A stretch of DNA of 64,000 nucleotides from an uncultured bacterium (lineage in GTDB: Bacteria; Babelota; Babeliae; Babelales; Babelaceae). Of the stretch, positions 55,955 through 64,000 are shown in pieces. A program made the position numbers and the translations under genes. The stretch is taken from the NCBI GenBank assembly GCA_963722385.1, contig CAVRKK010000001.1:186813-250812 (forward strand), written 5' to 3'. Under the pieces are notes generated by a model that saw only the letters and a list, made by a program, of their open reading frames with translations, was not told where the DNA came from and did not search any database. Position 1 is the first letter of the stretch, and each line of letters begins with the position of its first letter.

Positions 55955-56986
55955 TTAAGATAAACCGCTTTCTGAAACAATGATCTGCATAACGAACAAA
56001 AATAAAACAGCAAAGAGAACCGCCGAGTTTATATTTTTTTCTATCTCAGACTTGATACGCTCCGCATAATGCCTAGCGAGTTGCCTCGTATCAGCGGTCA
56101 GATTGCTGATTGTTTTTTTGCATAGGGTAAGTAAAAGAGAATAAGAACCATAATGCCAAGCAATGCTATATGCCTTCTCAAAAGCCACAAGGTGACTTAG
56201 ATTATCACCAGGAACGTGCTCATGGAGTGAAATAAATGCTTCAGTATTGCTGCGTAACGCACTTACCCATAAAGCGCTCGATATTGTTATGGGCGACAAA
56301 TACTTGCCAGCTTGCTCAAAAATGAGCTCGATTATTGAGACACGATTATAAGCAGCTGCTATAACCAAAAAGTCATCAAGCGTAATTGCCGGCCGAGGAA
56401 ACTCGTGCTCTTTCACGCGCTCTTCGGCATGGAGCAAACCATGCAAAAAATTATACATCAACTCATCATAATCCGTTCCCTCAATAATCGCATAGATAAG
56501 CGAATTTTCACCAAAAATAGCCTTAATTTTTCTTCTTAGCGTCACATCAAGAGGAACACCAACCCTGAGCAATGCGCGAACTGCCAGGCCATTTGAGTCA
56601 TCAAGTGCTCTGGCCATAAGCAAAGGGCCCCAAAACACGATATCAATTTCTTTTTGATATACCAACCATTCGAAAGATTTATGGTCCCACCATCTAGAAT
56701 CTTTAAAATAGACGCCCAGAAACTGCGCCGATAAACGCACATCCCTATCGTACAGCACTTCAAGCGCATCTCTATTATCTACCAGACATGCAATATCAAG
56801 AAGCGTCAAGCCCGTATGATTTCTAAACTTATAACGCCGATCCAAATCGATAGAACTCTTCTTTAACTGCTCAGTAGCTGCTGGCAAACGAGAAGTAATA
56901 AGTTCCAACAACATGCCGCCAGGATTCTTCATAGCCAAAGCATGTTCGCAAATTAATAGCAGCAATACAAATAAAGCAATACGCAT
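55955..56986 (-). CDS. Secreted protein with ankyrin-like repeats and a C-terminal hydrophobic tail
   Basis: It has the leader MRIALFVLLLLICEHALA, ANK-like units (TGLTLLDIACLVDNRDALEVLYDRDVRL; AVRALLRVGVPLD) and a C-terminal AVLFAVLFLFVMQIIV. Confidence 0.45.
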   Translation of the reverse strand: MRIALFVLLLLICEHALAMKNPGGMLLELITSRLPAATEQLKKSSIDLDRRYKFRNHTGLTLLDIACLVDNRDALEVLYDRDVRLSAQFLGVYFKDSRWWDHKSFEWLVYQKEIDIVFWGPLLMARALDDSNGLAVRALLRVGVPLDVTLRRKIKAIFGENSLIYAIIEGTDYDELMYNFLHGLLHAEERVKEHEFPRPAITLDDFLVIAAAYNRVSIIELIFEQAGKYLSPITISSALWVSALRSNTEAFISLHEHVPGDNLSHLVAFEKAYSIAWHYGSYSLLLTLCKKTISNLTADTRQLARHYAERIKSEIEKNINSAVLFAVLFLFVMQIIVSESGLS

Positions 56987-57068
56987 AAAAAACCTGCTCC
57001 AAATATATAATATTAGATTATCAGATTATCCGCAACGTCTTCAAAAAGCAATCAAACAGCCTAAAGCA

Positions 57069-58709
57069 CTACATGCTCTTTGGCATGCTAATTTTCAAAA
57101 GCTTAAAGCAGAGCTCAAGAGTCAAGCGAAGCTGGGCGATCAACAAAAGACGCGCCCTGCTTTTAACGGGATTTGCCGCATCTATAACACGACATTGGCC
57201 GTAATATTGATGGAAAAAATGAGCAAGTTCAAGAATATAATAAGTCACTAAATGAATCTGATAATTGGTGCTAATATTGGCGAGCAGCTCCTTAAGCGAA
57301 ACAATTTTCTTAAGAAGCAACTTTTCCTCAGAACCAAGGCCCACTATATCCGCATTAGTCAGCCCTTCAAGCTCAGGCAGTTGGGCAGCCTTTTCGAGAA
57401 TACTACCCATACGCACGTAGGCATATTGCGCATAATAAACTGGATTTTCATCCGTATGCTTAAGCGCAAGATCAATATCAAACTCTAAATGGGCATCTGC
57501 CTTGCGATGCAAATAAAAAAATCGCGCAACATCGGTGCCAACAGCCTCAATAACATCCTCAAGCGACACGATACGTCCTGACCTTTTTGACATCCTGATC
57601 TGCTGGCCCGTTTCCTTAAGAGTAACGAGCTGGTACAAAATAACATCCAAGCAAGCTGGTTCATAACCAAGCGCCTCCAATATAGCCTTAAGGCGAATAA
57701 CGTAACTGTGATGATCCTGACCAAGCACCATAATAAGCCGATTGGACCCTCGCGTAAGCTTGTTATGAAGATATGCAACATCTGATGCAGCATACGTAAA
57801 TTCGCCATCGCTCTTGCGCAACACCCTGTCTTTATCATCCCCAAATTTTGTTGAGGCGAACCATACGGCACCATCAGCTTCGTAGAGATACCCGCGCTGG
57901 GCCAATAACTCAACCGCAGCCTCAACGGAGAGGCTTTTTTCAGAGAACCATACGTCAAATTCAATACCATATTTTTTCAGTGTCTCTTTTATATTCTCTA
58001 AAAGAGCATTTTTTGCATACTCTTCAAAAAACGTATCGGGCTTATTAAGCGCCCCCACGCCTTCACGCTTGATAAGTAAGGCTGCTAAGTCATGAAGATA
58101 CTGCCCCTGATATCCATCCACCGGCAAAGCTGCTTCTTGGCCAGCAACTTGTTGACAACGAGCCTTAAAAGAGGCCCCCAGCTTCTTAATTTGCACACCT
58201 GCATCATTTATATAGTATTCTTTGGTTACGTTATTGCCCAAAAAGCGCAAGATGTTACCGAGAACGTCACCAATAATTCCGCCCCGGCCGTGACCCAAAT
58301 GCAGCGGCCCGGTTGGGTTAGCGCTTACAAATTCGATCGAATATGCAAACCGCGACTGGCACGGGTCAGGCTTAAAGAACTGATCCCCCAACTCCATCAA
58401 CTCTTCTAAAATGCTTCTAAAAGCATCAAGAGCAAGAACTATGTTGATAAAGCCAGGACCGGCTACAGAACAACGCTCTATAAGAGGATCCTCAATACGA
58501 GCAACAAGCTCTTCAGCAAGAACTCGCGGCTGCTTCCCCAGAACCTTGGCCAAAACAAGAGCAGCATTCGTGCTCATATCGCCAAAGCCACCCTTGGCAG
58601 GATCCGCCATTAATGATAAAGTAACCTGAGCTAGAATATCAGGTGTAAGCCCGTAAGCCTGCTGAATTGTGGTAAGAAGGCGCTGCTGAATAAGCTCAAT
58701 TGTGTTCAT
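57069..58709 (-). CDS. argS: Arginine--tRNA ligase
   Basis: It has ANPTGPLHLGHGRG (HIGH region) and RMSKRSG (KMSKS region), and the length is typical. Confidence 0.93.
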   Translation of the reverse strand: MNTIELIQQRLLTTIQQAYGLTPDILAQVTLSLMADPAKGGFGDMSTNAALVLAKVLGKQPRVLAEELVARIEDPLIERCSVAGPGFINIVLALDAFRSILEELMELGDQFFKPDPCQSRFAYSIEFVSANPTGPLHLGHGRGGIIGDVLGNILRFLGNNVTKEYYINDAGVQIKKLGASFKARCQQVAGQEAALPVDGYQGQYLHDLAALLIKREGVGALNKPDTFFEEYAKNALLENIKETLKKYGIEFDVWFSEKSLSVEAAVELLAQRGYLYEADGAVWFASTKFGDDKDRVLRKSDGEFTYAASDVAYLHNKLTRGSNRLIMVLGQDHHSYVIRLKAILEALGYEPACLDVILYQLVTLKETGQQIRMSKRSGRIVSLEDVIEAVGTDVARFFYLHRKADAHLEFDIDLALKHTDENPVYYAQYAYVRMGSILEKAAQLPELEGLTNADIVGLGSEEKLLLKKIVSLKELLANISTNYQIHLVTYYILELAHFFHQYYGQCRVIDAANPVKSRARLLLIAQLRLTLELCFKLLKISMPKSM

Positions 58710-58941
58710 AGGTGAAAAATCTCAGATGATGATAAACACACCAAGTATACCAAAGAGTATAAAGAAGAAAAAGATCCCCGCCGCGCGCATATCGGTTTTT
58801 ACTACATGTAGGGAGTACTGTGTAAAATTTATACCGCGGCGAGGAAACCTACAATATCGCCTAGTATAGCAAAATAATCCTTATTGTACTATAATTTATT
58901 TGATATATATAAACAAACTATAAAATAATTAAGGAATAATC

Positions 58942-60039
58942 ATGCGAATTGCCGCTCTTGTATCTGGCGGCGTCGACAGCTCGGTAGCCTTGCGCCTTCT
59001 GCAACAACAAGGGCATGACGTCACTGCCTTCTATTTAAAAATTTGGCTTGAAGACGAGCTATCATATCTTGGTTCGTGCCCGTGGCAAGAAGACTTAGAT
59101 TACGTTCATGCTGTTTGCAAGCAGGCAGGGGTTCCTCTTGAAGTAGTATCTTTTCAACGGGAATACTGGGATGCCGTCGTCTCCTATATGATCTCAGAAA
59201 TAAAAAGCGGTAGAACTCCGAACCCCGACATAATGTGTAACCAGCGTGTCAAGTTCGGTGCTTTTAGCCAAGTCCTTGGTGCTGAATTTGATAAAATTGC
59301 AACAGGCCATTATGCTGCGGTCAAGCAGCACCATAACGATTACCATATGTACTGCTCGCCTGACCCGGTAAAAGATCAAACGTACTTTTTGTCATATATG
59401 AATCAGGCTCAACTTGCACGAGCATTATTTCCGCTGGGCAACCTGAGCAAAAATGACGTTCGCATATTGGCGAATGATATGAACTTACCCACAAAGGCAA
59501 GAAAAGACAGCCAAGGGATCTGCTTTTTGGGCAAGATTAAATTTAGCGAATTTATACGATTCCATATGGGCGATCAACCAGGGCTATTACAAGAATATGA
59601 AACACGAAAAACACTGGGCCAGCACCAAGGCTTTTGGTATTATACCATTGGACAACGTCAAAGAATCGGCCTAAGTGGCGGCCCGTGGTATGTTGTCGCC
59701 AAGGATCCAGCAGCAAATATCGTTTACGTGTCTCGCTCGTATTACGACGTGGATAAAAAACGGAGAGAACTGATCGTTCAAGCGGTTAACTGGATACCAG
59801 AACCGCCCAAACTGCCAGCCCGCTTGTACGTAAAGTTGCGCCATGGCCCCCATCGTCATCAAGCAACCGTGCTTTCCCATGATCAAAGCGAATACAGTAT
59901 TATACTCGATGAACACGACCAAGGCATTGCCCCAGGCCAATTTGCTGTCTTCTATGACAATGACCGCTGCTTGGGCGGCGGCGTCATTGCTGAACTATGC
60001 CCAAAAAGAGAGCTGGGCAACGCAATCATTCTTTGCTAG
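58942..60039 (+). CDS. mnmA: tRNA 2-thiouridine(34) synthase MnmA
   Basis: It has the PP-loop VSGGVDSSVA, NPDIMCN, ATGHYA and KDQTYFL. Confidence 0.93.
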   Translation: MRIAALVSGGVDSSVALRLLQQQGHDVTAFYLKIWLEDELSYLGSCPWQEDLDYVHAVCKQAGVPLEVVSFQREYWDAVVSYMISEIKSGRTPNPDIMCNQRVKFGAFSQVLGAEFDKIATGHYAAVKQHHNDYHMYCSPDPVKDQTYFLSYMNQAQLARALFPLGNLSKNDVRILANDMNLPTKARKDSQGICFLGKIKFSEFIRFHMGDQPGLLQEYETRKTLGQHQGFWYYTIGQRQRIGLSGGPWYVVAKDPAANIVYVSRSYYDVDKKRRELIVQAVNWIPEPPKLPARLYVKLRHGPHRHQATVLSHDQSEYSIILDEHDQGIAPGQFAVFYDNDRCLGGGVIAELCPKRELGNAIILC

Positions 60040-60049
60040 TATAAACAAT

Positions 60050-60691
60050 ATGGCATTCACAACAAGGGTGGGTATGATACGGGATAGAGTAAAACGGGAA
60101 CTGGCCAACAGGTTAACACTGGCGATATTATTAACGCTTTCACGCATCTGCTTAATCCCATTTGTTATACTTTCTATTATGCTGCACGCATGGAACGCCG
60201 CTTTATGCCTATTTGTCATCGCTGCCATTACTGATATTTTAGATGGGGCATGTGCGCGCCTTTTTGATGAACAAACGATTACCGGTGCACTTCTTGACCC
60301 TATAGCAGATAAATTACTTATCCTTTCGTGTTACGGGGCACTCGCATGCAGCAATTTACCCGCTTATATAGCACCATCATGGCTCGTATTTGTTATTTTT
60401 TTAAAAGAAATTGCACTTATGGTGGGTGCGATCTGGCTTGCTAAAACGCAATCATCTTATGCCGTGCGCCCGAGTTTGCTTGGCAAAGCAGCTATGCTCG
60501 CACAAACAATAAGCGTTTTTTGGCTCTTGTTAATACTATTTACCGGAAATATTTCACCAACCACGTTACTTTTTTTGCATCAATGCGTTTTATTTCTTAT
60601 ACTTGCATCTTTTGTACATTATGTTTATAAAGCCCTTAAAGGAACTCGCCTATGGTACTCTCTCAAAAAGTCGCTCTATTCTTACTTCTAA
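60050..60691 (+). CDS. pgsA: CDP-alcohol phosphatidyltransferase (PgsA-like)
   Basis: DILDGACARLFDEQTITGALLDPIADKLL matches DGxxARx8Gx3Dx3D. I moved the start to ATG 60050. Confidence 0.85.
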   Translation: MAFTTRVGMIRDRVKRELANRLTLAILLTLSRICLIPFVILSIMLHAWNAALCLFVIAAITDILDGACARLFDEQTITGALLDPIADKLLILSCYGALACSNLPAYIAPSWLVFVIFLKEIALMVGAIWLAKTQSSYAVRPSLLGKAAMLAQTISVFWLLLILFTGNISPTTLLFLHQCVLFLILASFVHYVYKALKGTRLWYSLKKSLYSYF

Positions 60692-61074
60692 TAGGCAGCG
60701 TATACCACTGCTCATCTGAGCCAGCACCATCTGAGACAAGCTTTTTGATCGAAAAGCCTACCTCGAAAAATATGCGCCTTTCGCCCTCACAAGCAAGACG
60801 TGAAGCGATCGGACTTTGCGAATCCCTTGGCCATACGCTGACCAAAGAAATAAAAGCGTTAACCGAACTTTTAGACGATGTCATGCTTGCGGTCCGCGAC
60901 CTTGTTGAAGGAAATGCAGAAACAGCAAGCATGAAACTCCTGCGCAAGGACAAGCAGGGTGTGCTCAATACGCTGCAAATACAACATAAATCTGCAAAAA
61001 AGCGCATCGATGAAATCCAGGAGTGCAGACACTGGCTAACGCAGATACCAAATCAGGAAAAATCAAAGCCGTAA
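60652..61074 (+). CDS. Hypothetical secreted protein
   Basis: It has the leader MVLSQKVALFLLLIGSVYHCSS. It overlaps the pgsA 3' end by 40 nt. Confidence 0.45.
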   Translation: MVLSQKVALFLLLIGSVYHCSSEPAPSETSFLIEKPTSKNMRLSPSQARREAIGLCESLGHTLTKEIKALTELLDDVMLAVRDLVEGNAETASMKLLRKDKQGVLNTLQIQHKSAKKRIDEIQECRHWLTQIPNQEKSKP

Positions 61075-61119
61075 TAATTTTCAATCTTTTACTTATAGCT
61101 TTTTAAGAAAGGGGCACCT

Positions 61120-61611
61120 GTGGCCAATTATAATCGTATTATCATGGTCGGCAATTTAACGCGAGACCCTGAGCTCAAGCAACTCCAAACAGGACAATCT
61201 GTTTGCAAGCTCAACCTCGCCTCTAACAGAAAATACAAATCAAAAACAGGCGCTATAACCCAAGAGGTCTGCTTTATTGAGGTTGATGTATGGGGACCGG
61301 TTGCTGAAAGCTGTAACCAGCATTTGCGCAAAGGAAAGCCCGTTCTGGTTGAGGGACGACTAAAGCAAGATACTTGGAAAGAAACTGATGGGCAAACCCG
61401 CAGTAAGCATGTGATTGTGGCCGATAGCGTCGTATTTCTCGGCTCATCACCAGCAGCGGAAACAGGCAGTGAAATAAGCGAAGAAACTACCGAATTTCCG
61501 CCTGCAGCACCATCACGTCGCACCGCCCAACCAAAAGCAGACTCCCCCGTCGTCGGCGGCTCAGCTCTCTTTAAAGACGAGCCACCTTTTGAAGACGAAT
61601 TGCCTTTCTAA
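61120..61611 (+). CDS. ssb: Single-stranded DNA-binding protein
   Basis: It has the OB-fold N-terminus MANYNRIIMVGNLTRDPELK, a Pro/Ala-rich linker and the acidic tip FEDELPF. It uses a GTG start. Confidence 0.93.
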   Translation: MANYNRIIMVGNLTRDPELKQLQTGQSVCKLNLASNRKYKSKTGAITQEVCFIEVDVWGPVAESCNQHLRKGKPVLVEGRLKQDTWKETDGQTRSKHVIVADSVVFLGSSPAAETGSEISEETTEFPPAAPSRRTAQPKADSPVVGGSALFKDEPPFEDELPF

Positions 61612-61618
61612 AATATCT

Positions 61619-61644
61619 AAGGGAGAGGTTGAATCCTCTCCCTT
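61619..61644. terminator. Hairpin between convergent ssb and the antitoxin gene (possible bidirectional terminator)
   Basis: AAGGGAGAGG-ttgaat-CCTCTCCCTT forms a perfect 10-bp stem. Confidence 0.45.
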
Positions 61645-61654
61645 GCAGCGCACT

Positions 61655-62041
61655 CTATCGAGACAGTTTACTTCTCTCCATTTCGGTTTTAGGAAGAGCA
61701 ACGTAAAGTCTTGCTTTCCGCCTTAAGGACTTCCTCGGCTTTACACTAATGGTAATATCTTGCCCAAGGTCATTCAAAAAGCGAAAGAGCCTTTCCAGGG
61801 AAAAGCCTGTTAATTTCCCATTCATAAGGGCCGAGATTTTTGGTTGGTCGATATTAAGAAGCTTAGCAGCGCTTCTTTGGGTGAGCTTTTTTCGCGCTAT
61901 AATGTCGTTAATTTGTAGAGCTAGCTGAGATTTGGCAAGTGCTTCTTCAGGCTGAGCAATACCAAGGTCAGCAAAAACATTTCCGCTACTGATCTCATAT
62001 TCTAAAGTTAAGGAGTCTTTCTTTTGAACTTTATTTTTCAT
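61655..62041 (-). CDS. XRE-family HTH antitoxin (HigA-like partner of a Gp49/HigB-type toxin)
   Basis: GNVFADLGIAQPEEALAKSQLALQINDIIARKKLTQRSAAKLLNIDQPKISALMNGKLTGFSLERLFRFLNDLGQDITISV is the typical antitoxin architecture. Confidence 0.85.
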   Translation of the reverse strand: MKNKVQKKDSLTLEYEISSGNVFADLGIAQPEEALAKSQLALQINDIIARKKLTQRSAAKLLNIDQPKISALMNGKLTGFSLERLFRFLNDLGQDITISVKPRKSLRRKARLYVALPKTEMERSKLSR

Positions 62042-62050
62042 AATGGTTCC

Positions 62051-62408
62051 TTATCTGCTATTTAGCTGAGATATGGCGTAAGCAGTTTTCAATCGAGCCT
62101 TTATCAAGCTCATATCTTCTTTTGGCGTTTTAATGCCATGCTTCGATTTCTTTTGAAATGCATGAAGCACGTAAAGCGCGTCATCATACCGAACCGTATA
62201 CACGGTTCGGTAGGTTCCTGAATCATCCATCTCGATTATTTCCATCATATGGGCTCCACCAAAATTTTTAAGCACCTTTATGTTGCTCTTCGTTTTTCCC
62301 GTGTTGTGCTGCATGCAAGGCGTGACCCATAGATCTTTGAATCTCATCAGGAAATTCTTTTAGATCTTTTTTACTCGAACCGATCCACACTAACTTTTTC
62401 AATGCCAT
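62051..62408 (-). pseudogene. Gp49/HigB-like RelE-superfamily toxin, frameshifted in an A5 run
   Basis: The N-terminal 46 aa from ATG 62408 (MALKKLVWIGSSKKDLKEFPDEIQRSMGHALHAAQHGK...) are in one frame and stop at 62268. The conserved C-terminal part (KVLKNFGGAHMMEIIEMDDSGTYRTVYTVRYDDALYVLHAFQKKSKHGIKTPKEDMSLIKARL) is in the +1 frame. The junction is the A5 run at 62294-62298. Confidence 0.8.
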
Positions 62409-62423
62409 TTTACCCTCTTAGTT

Positions 62424-62452
62424 AATATGCCAGATCTGGTATCGCTCGTCAA
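62424..62452 (-). promoter_or_regulatory. Candidate promoter/operator of the toxin-antitoxin locus
   Basis: On the minus strand: TTGACG (62452-62447), a 17-nt spacer containing the perfect palindrome CCAGATCTGG (62430-62439), then CATATT (62429-62424). A GAGGG SD precedes ATG 62408. Confidence 0.4.
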
Positions 62453-62644
62453 CATTTGTCAACGCTGGACATATTTAGGTAGCTATTTAAGCTATTCATA
62501 GCTAGTAAACTATGAGCAAGCAAGGCATAAAGTGACGCAGAATTTGCGCTCTTTTAAGCCCATGTTATGCTTAATATATGAAATTTTAGATCTTTTTCTG
62601 GGCTTACCAGCACGAAGATTTCATCAAGCTACCGGGAGCAAGCC

Positions 62645-63883
62645 ATGATTGACCTTAACCTGTTACGTGATAGGCCAGAACAAACTATTAAAGAGATCAA
62701 AAGAAAAGACCCTCATTTTGATGCTGAAAATCTTTTAGAACTTGACAAACGCCTCCGGGCGCTTAGGCAACAAGTTGAATCCCTGCGTGCCGAAAAAAAT
62801 GAGCTCGCGCGGCACGCACAAAAAGGCGTCACGGAAGATATTCGCTCTCGCTCGCGATCACTTGATACTATTTTAAAAGATGCTGAAGTCGAGCTTAAAG
62901 TTGTTGAGATTCAATTTAACTCACTCTACCTTTTTTGTCCCAATATTCCGGCAGCTGACCTACCAGATGGTGGCAAAGAAGCAAACCGCACCATAAGGGT
63001 CCATGGCAAGCGCCCCACCTTTGACTTTATACCAAAAAACCACGTCGAGCTTGGCACTGCTGCGGGGTGGCTCGATTTTGAAACAGCCGCACGCATGACC
63101 GGTTCCCATTTTGCTCTCTATAAAGGGCAAGGAGTCCAGCTCCTTTATGCACTCGCGCTGATGATGCTTAACCATAATCGGGCACATGGGTACCACTTTG
63201 TGTTGCCGCCGGCGCTGATTAATGAGCACGCAATCGAAGGAGCAAGCAACTTTCCGCGCTTTAGGCAAGATGTCTACGCAATTGAAGCTGACGGGCTCTA
63301 CCTCACCCCCACATCTGAAGTAAACCTGGCAAACATGTACCGCGATCAGATTCTCTCAGAACAAGAGCTACCACTACGCATGACGTCCTGGACAAGCTGC
63401 TTCAGGCGTGAAGCAGGAGGGTACGGCTCGACAGAACGCGGGCTCATACGGATACACCAGTTTGAAAAAGTCGAACTCTACACCCTTTGCTTGCCAGAAG
63501 AAGCAGAGCATGAACAAGAACGGATGCTGGCCTGCGCCGAAGAATTGCTCCAAAAACTTGGCTTACATTACCGCGTCGTCCTGCTAGCCGCCCAAGATTG
63601 CTCATTCGCGTCGGCAAAAACCTATGACATCGAAGTCTGGATGCCCGGCCAAGGAGAGTATAAAGAAGTTTCTTCAATCAGCAACTGTACCGATTTCCAA
63701 GCACGACGCTGCTCAATACGCTATCGCCAAGAGGGTCAACAGAAACCACATCTCGTTTACACCCTCAATGCTTCGTCGCTCGCTTTGCCACGGGTCATGG
63801 TCGCTCTGCTAGAAACGTATCAAACAAGCGAAGGCTCTATTGTACTGCCAGATATACTGAGATCATTAACGTGGGCATTTTGA
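62645..63883 (+). CDS. serS: Serine--tRNA ligase
   Basis: It has an N-terminal coiled-coil arm and the class II motifs CFRREAG, RIHQFEKVE and TLNASSLALPRVMVALLE. Confidence 0.93.
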   Translation: MIDLNLLRDRPEQTIKEIKRKDPHFDAENLLELDKRLRALRQQVESLRAEKNELARHAQKGVTEDIRSRSRSLDTILKDAEVELKVVEIQFNSLYLFCPNIPAADLPDGGKEANRTIRVHGKRPTFDFIPKNHVELGTAAGWLDFETAARMTGSHFALYKGQGVQLLYALALMMLNHNRAHGYHFVLPPALINEHAIEGASNFPRFRQDVYAIEADGLYLTPTSEVNLANMYRDQILSEQELPLRMTSWTSCFRREAGGYGSTERGLIRIHQFEKVELYTLCLPEEAEHEQERMLACAEELLQKLGLHYRVVLLAAQDCSFASAKTYDIEVWMPGQGEYKEVSSISNCTDFQARRCSIRYRQEGQQKPHLVYTLNASSLALPRVMVALLETYQTSEGSIVLPDILRSLTWAF

Positions 63884-64000
63884 TTAACAGAAGCACCTTT
63901 TACTAAAATAAAAACTCGCTTGCCCCGCATGGAGGCCCTTATAAGCAATTTATCAACCGCCCCTCTTGACACGTTTGGTAAACTTATAATATACCCTTTT

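Noticed and set aside
58722-58790. 22-codon minus-strand micro-ORF (MRAAGIFFFFILFGILGVFIII) ending 13 nt upstream of the argS start, considered as a possible leader peptide or small membrane protein.
   Set aside because: It has no obvious RBS and only one Arg codon, so it is not an Arg-sensing leader. It is too short to evaluate from sequence alone.
1-64000. Search for tRNA, rRNA, tmRNA, RNase P, SRP RNA, transposase, integrase and phage genes.
   Set aside because: I found no T-loop/acceptor-like pattern, no conserved ncRNA core motif and no recombinase-like ORF by eye in the intergenic regions. Absence cannot be proven without tRNAscan, Infernal or HMM searches.

Overview
Bacterial chromosomal window. 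I recognised no rRNA, tRNA, CRISPR array, transposase or integrase by eye. Two conserved housekeeping blocks are interleaved with accessory blocks made mostly of orphan proteins that carry N-terminal hydrophobic leaders. Housekeeping block 1 (37.5-47.8 kb) holds rny, ymdB, zapA, rplT-rpmI-infC-recA, a ppiD-like chaperone, miaA, carD and dnaK. Housekeeping block 2 (57-64 kb) holds argS, mnmA, pgsA, ssb and serS. zwf, prs, a Fe/Mn SOD, an APC permease and an EamA transporter lie elsewhere. Accessory content: (1) three tandem HExxH metallopeptidase-like paralogs with a recurring YN[YF]LRE repeat (2-5281); (2) a Cys-type sulfatase plus formylglycine-generating enzyme operon (5308-7850); (3) a run of secreted orphans at 8.0-20.6 kb, including an alpha/beta-hydrolase, two tandem proteins with an exact protein-kinase catalytic-loop signature, and a 1098-aa membrane-anchored array of 21 beta-propeller blades; (4) small Cys-rich secreted proteins; (5) ankyrin-repeat proteins; (6) a leader-bearing DOT1-like methyltransferase (48003-48692); (7) a 1636-aa orphan secreted protein; (8) a Gp49/HigB-like toxin with an XRE antitoxin, where the toxin is frameshifted in an A5 run. 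A non-coding, highly structured repeat element occurs three times. One copy is a 314-bp unit with 20-nt terminal inverted repeats and six consecutive hairpins. Two near-identical copies lie in inverted orientation around a 7.2-kb segment, and one of them splits the conserved rny-ymdB pair. The eukaryote-like domains (ankyrin, DOT1, kinase fold) and the many secreted proteins suggest a host-associated or intracellular bacterium, possibly Dependentiae/TM6-like. That placement is inference only. All calls rest on manual motif recognition. Start codons are my judgement, and no database search was run.
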